NCBI RefSeq assembly: GCF_004010195.1
Contig: NC_057753.1
Coordinates: forward strand, 3,804,993-3,868,992
Length of the DNA: 64,000 bases
Direction: 5' to 3'
DNA from: Chiloscyllium plagiosum
Taxonomy: Eukaryota
The notes under the pieces were generated by a model. It made no database searches. It saw only the letters and a list, made by a program, of their open reading frames with translations, and was not told the DNA's origin. The translations under genes were made by a program, and so were the position numbers. This document shows, piece by piece, positions 63,442 to 64,000 of this stretch (positions within the stretch are counted from its first letter, which is position 1; the number at the start of each line of letters is the position of its first letter).

Positions 63442-64000
63442 TTATTTCCAAAACTTAAATATTTTAAGGGGCTGAATGAACAGATCAGCCAACCTGGCTC
63501 GGAATTTACTCTGGGTCGCAGCATAAATAAATGGGTTGACACAAGAGCTCAACAACTGAAGCATGTATCCAGTTTGGCGGAGGATGTAAATAGAGCCAAG
63601 GGAGTAGGTGACTTTCACAATTCGGACATAGATGTTCGTTATCAATAATGGTAGGTATAACAAGATGAAACTGCCCGAGATTGTAAAGAGCAAAATAATG
63701 GAGTGTCTCCGCTTCTCCATCTCAGGATCACTTTGGTTCTCCATGTTCTTTTGGGCACGGAGTCTGTTGCGGGCTTTATTGGTCATGAGTATATACCTGA
63801 CAGTCAGAGCATTGAGCAGTAAAATAAGCATGGATGGGAGAAAAGTTGTTAAACTGGAAGTAATAAAGTCGTATGCAATCCATCCTGGTAGCATATAAAT
63901 TTCTGTTTTTAAGTTGCACAACCATGGTACATTGTCAACAATGTACTTGGGCTCCATTTGAAAATATAGAAAGACATTTTTCACGAAAGCTAGCACAGAC
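63442..64000 (-). CDS. GPR139-like class A GPCR, 3' part (TM4-TM7), continuing beyond the window
   Basis: Clear paralogue of 49392-50323: LLLNALTVR, DPEMEKRR.SI.LLF.IS.SF and GYMLQLLSSCVNPFIY. Stop at 63442-63444. Confidence 0.9.
   Translation of the reverse strand, partial: SVLAFVKNVFLYFQMEPKYIVDNVPWLCNLKTEIYMLPGWIAYDFITSSLTTFLPSMLILLLNALTVRYILMTNKARNRLRAQKNMENQSDPEMEKRRHSIILLFTISGSFILLYLPLLITNIYVRIVKVTYSLGSIYILRQTGYMLQLLSSCVNPFIYAATQSKFRARLADLFIQPLKIFKFWK

Overview
This is eukaryotic, repeat-dense genomic DNA, almost certainly from a cartilaginous fish (shark). That call rests on many HE1-type tRNA-derived SINEs, CR1 LINEs and GPR139-like receptors, and is an inference without a database search. 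Genes: (i) one intact C2H2 zinc-finger ORF with no KRAB domain (18384-18908), with a CpG-island promoter at ~12.6-13.15 kb; (ii) two decayed zinc-finger paralogues, each split by a solo LTR; (iii) two convergent GPR139-like class A GPCRs, one complete two-exon gene (44770-50323) and one partial gene at the right edge. The rest is mostly CR1, L2 and Rex-Babar-like LINE fragments, SINEs, solo LTRs and Penelope-like elements (PLEs). The most striking signal is about 20 short PLE pseudo-LTR insertions carrying minimal hammerhead-ribozyme cores (CUGANGA...GAAA). There are at least three readable families plus an older decayed one. Many copies are fold-back (head-to-head) units of 90-230 bp flanked by 8-16 bp target-site duplications, with ends or inversion junctions falling at the ribozyme. 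Repeat boundaries were estimated by eye unless a TSD is quoted.
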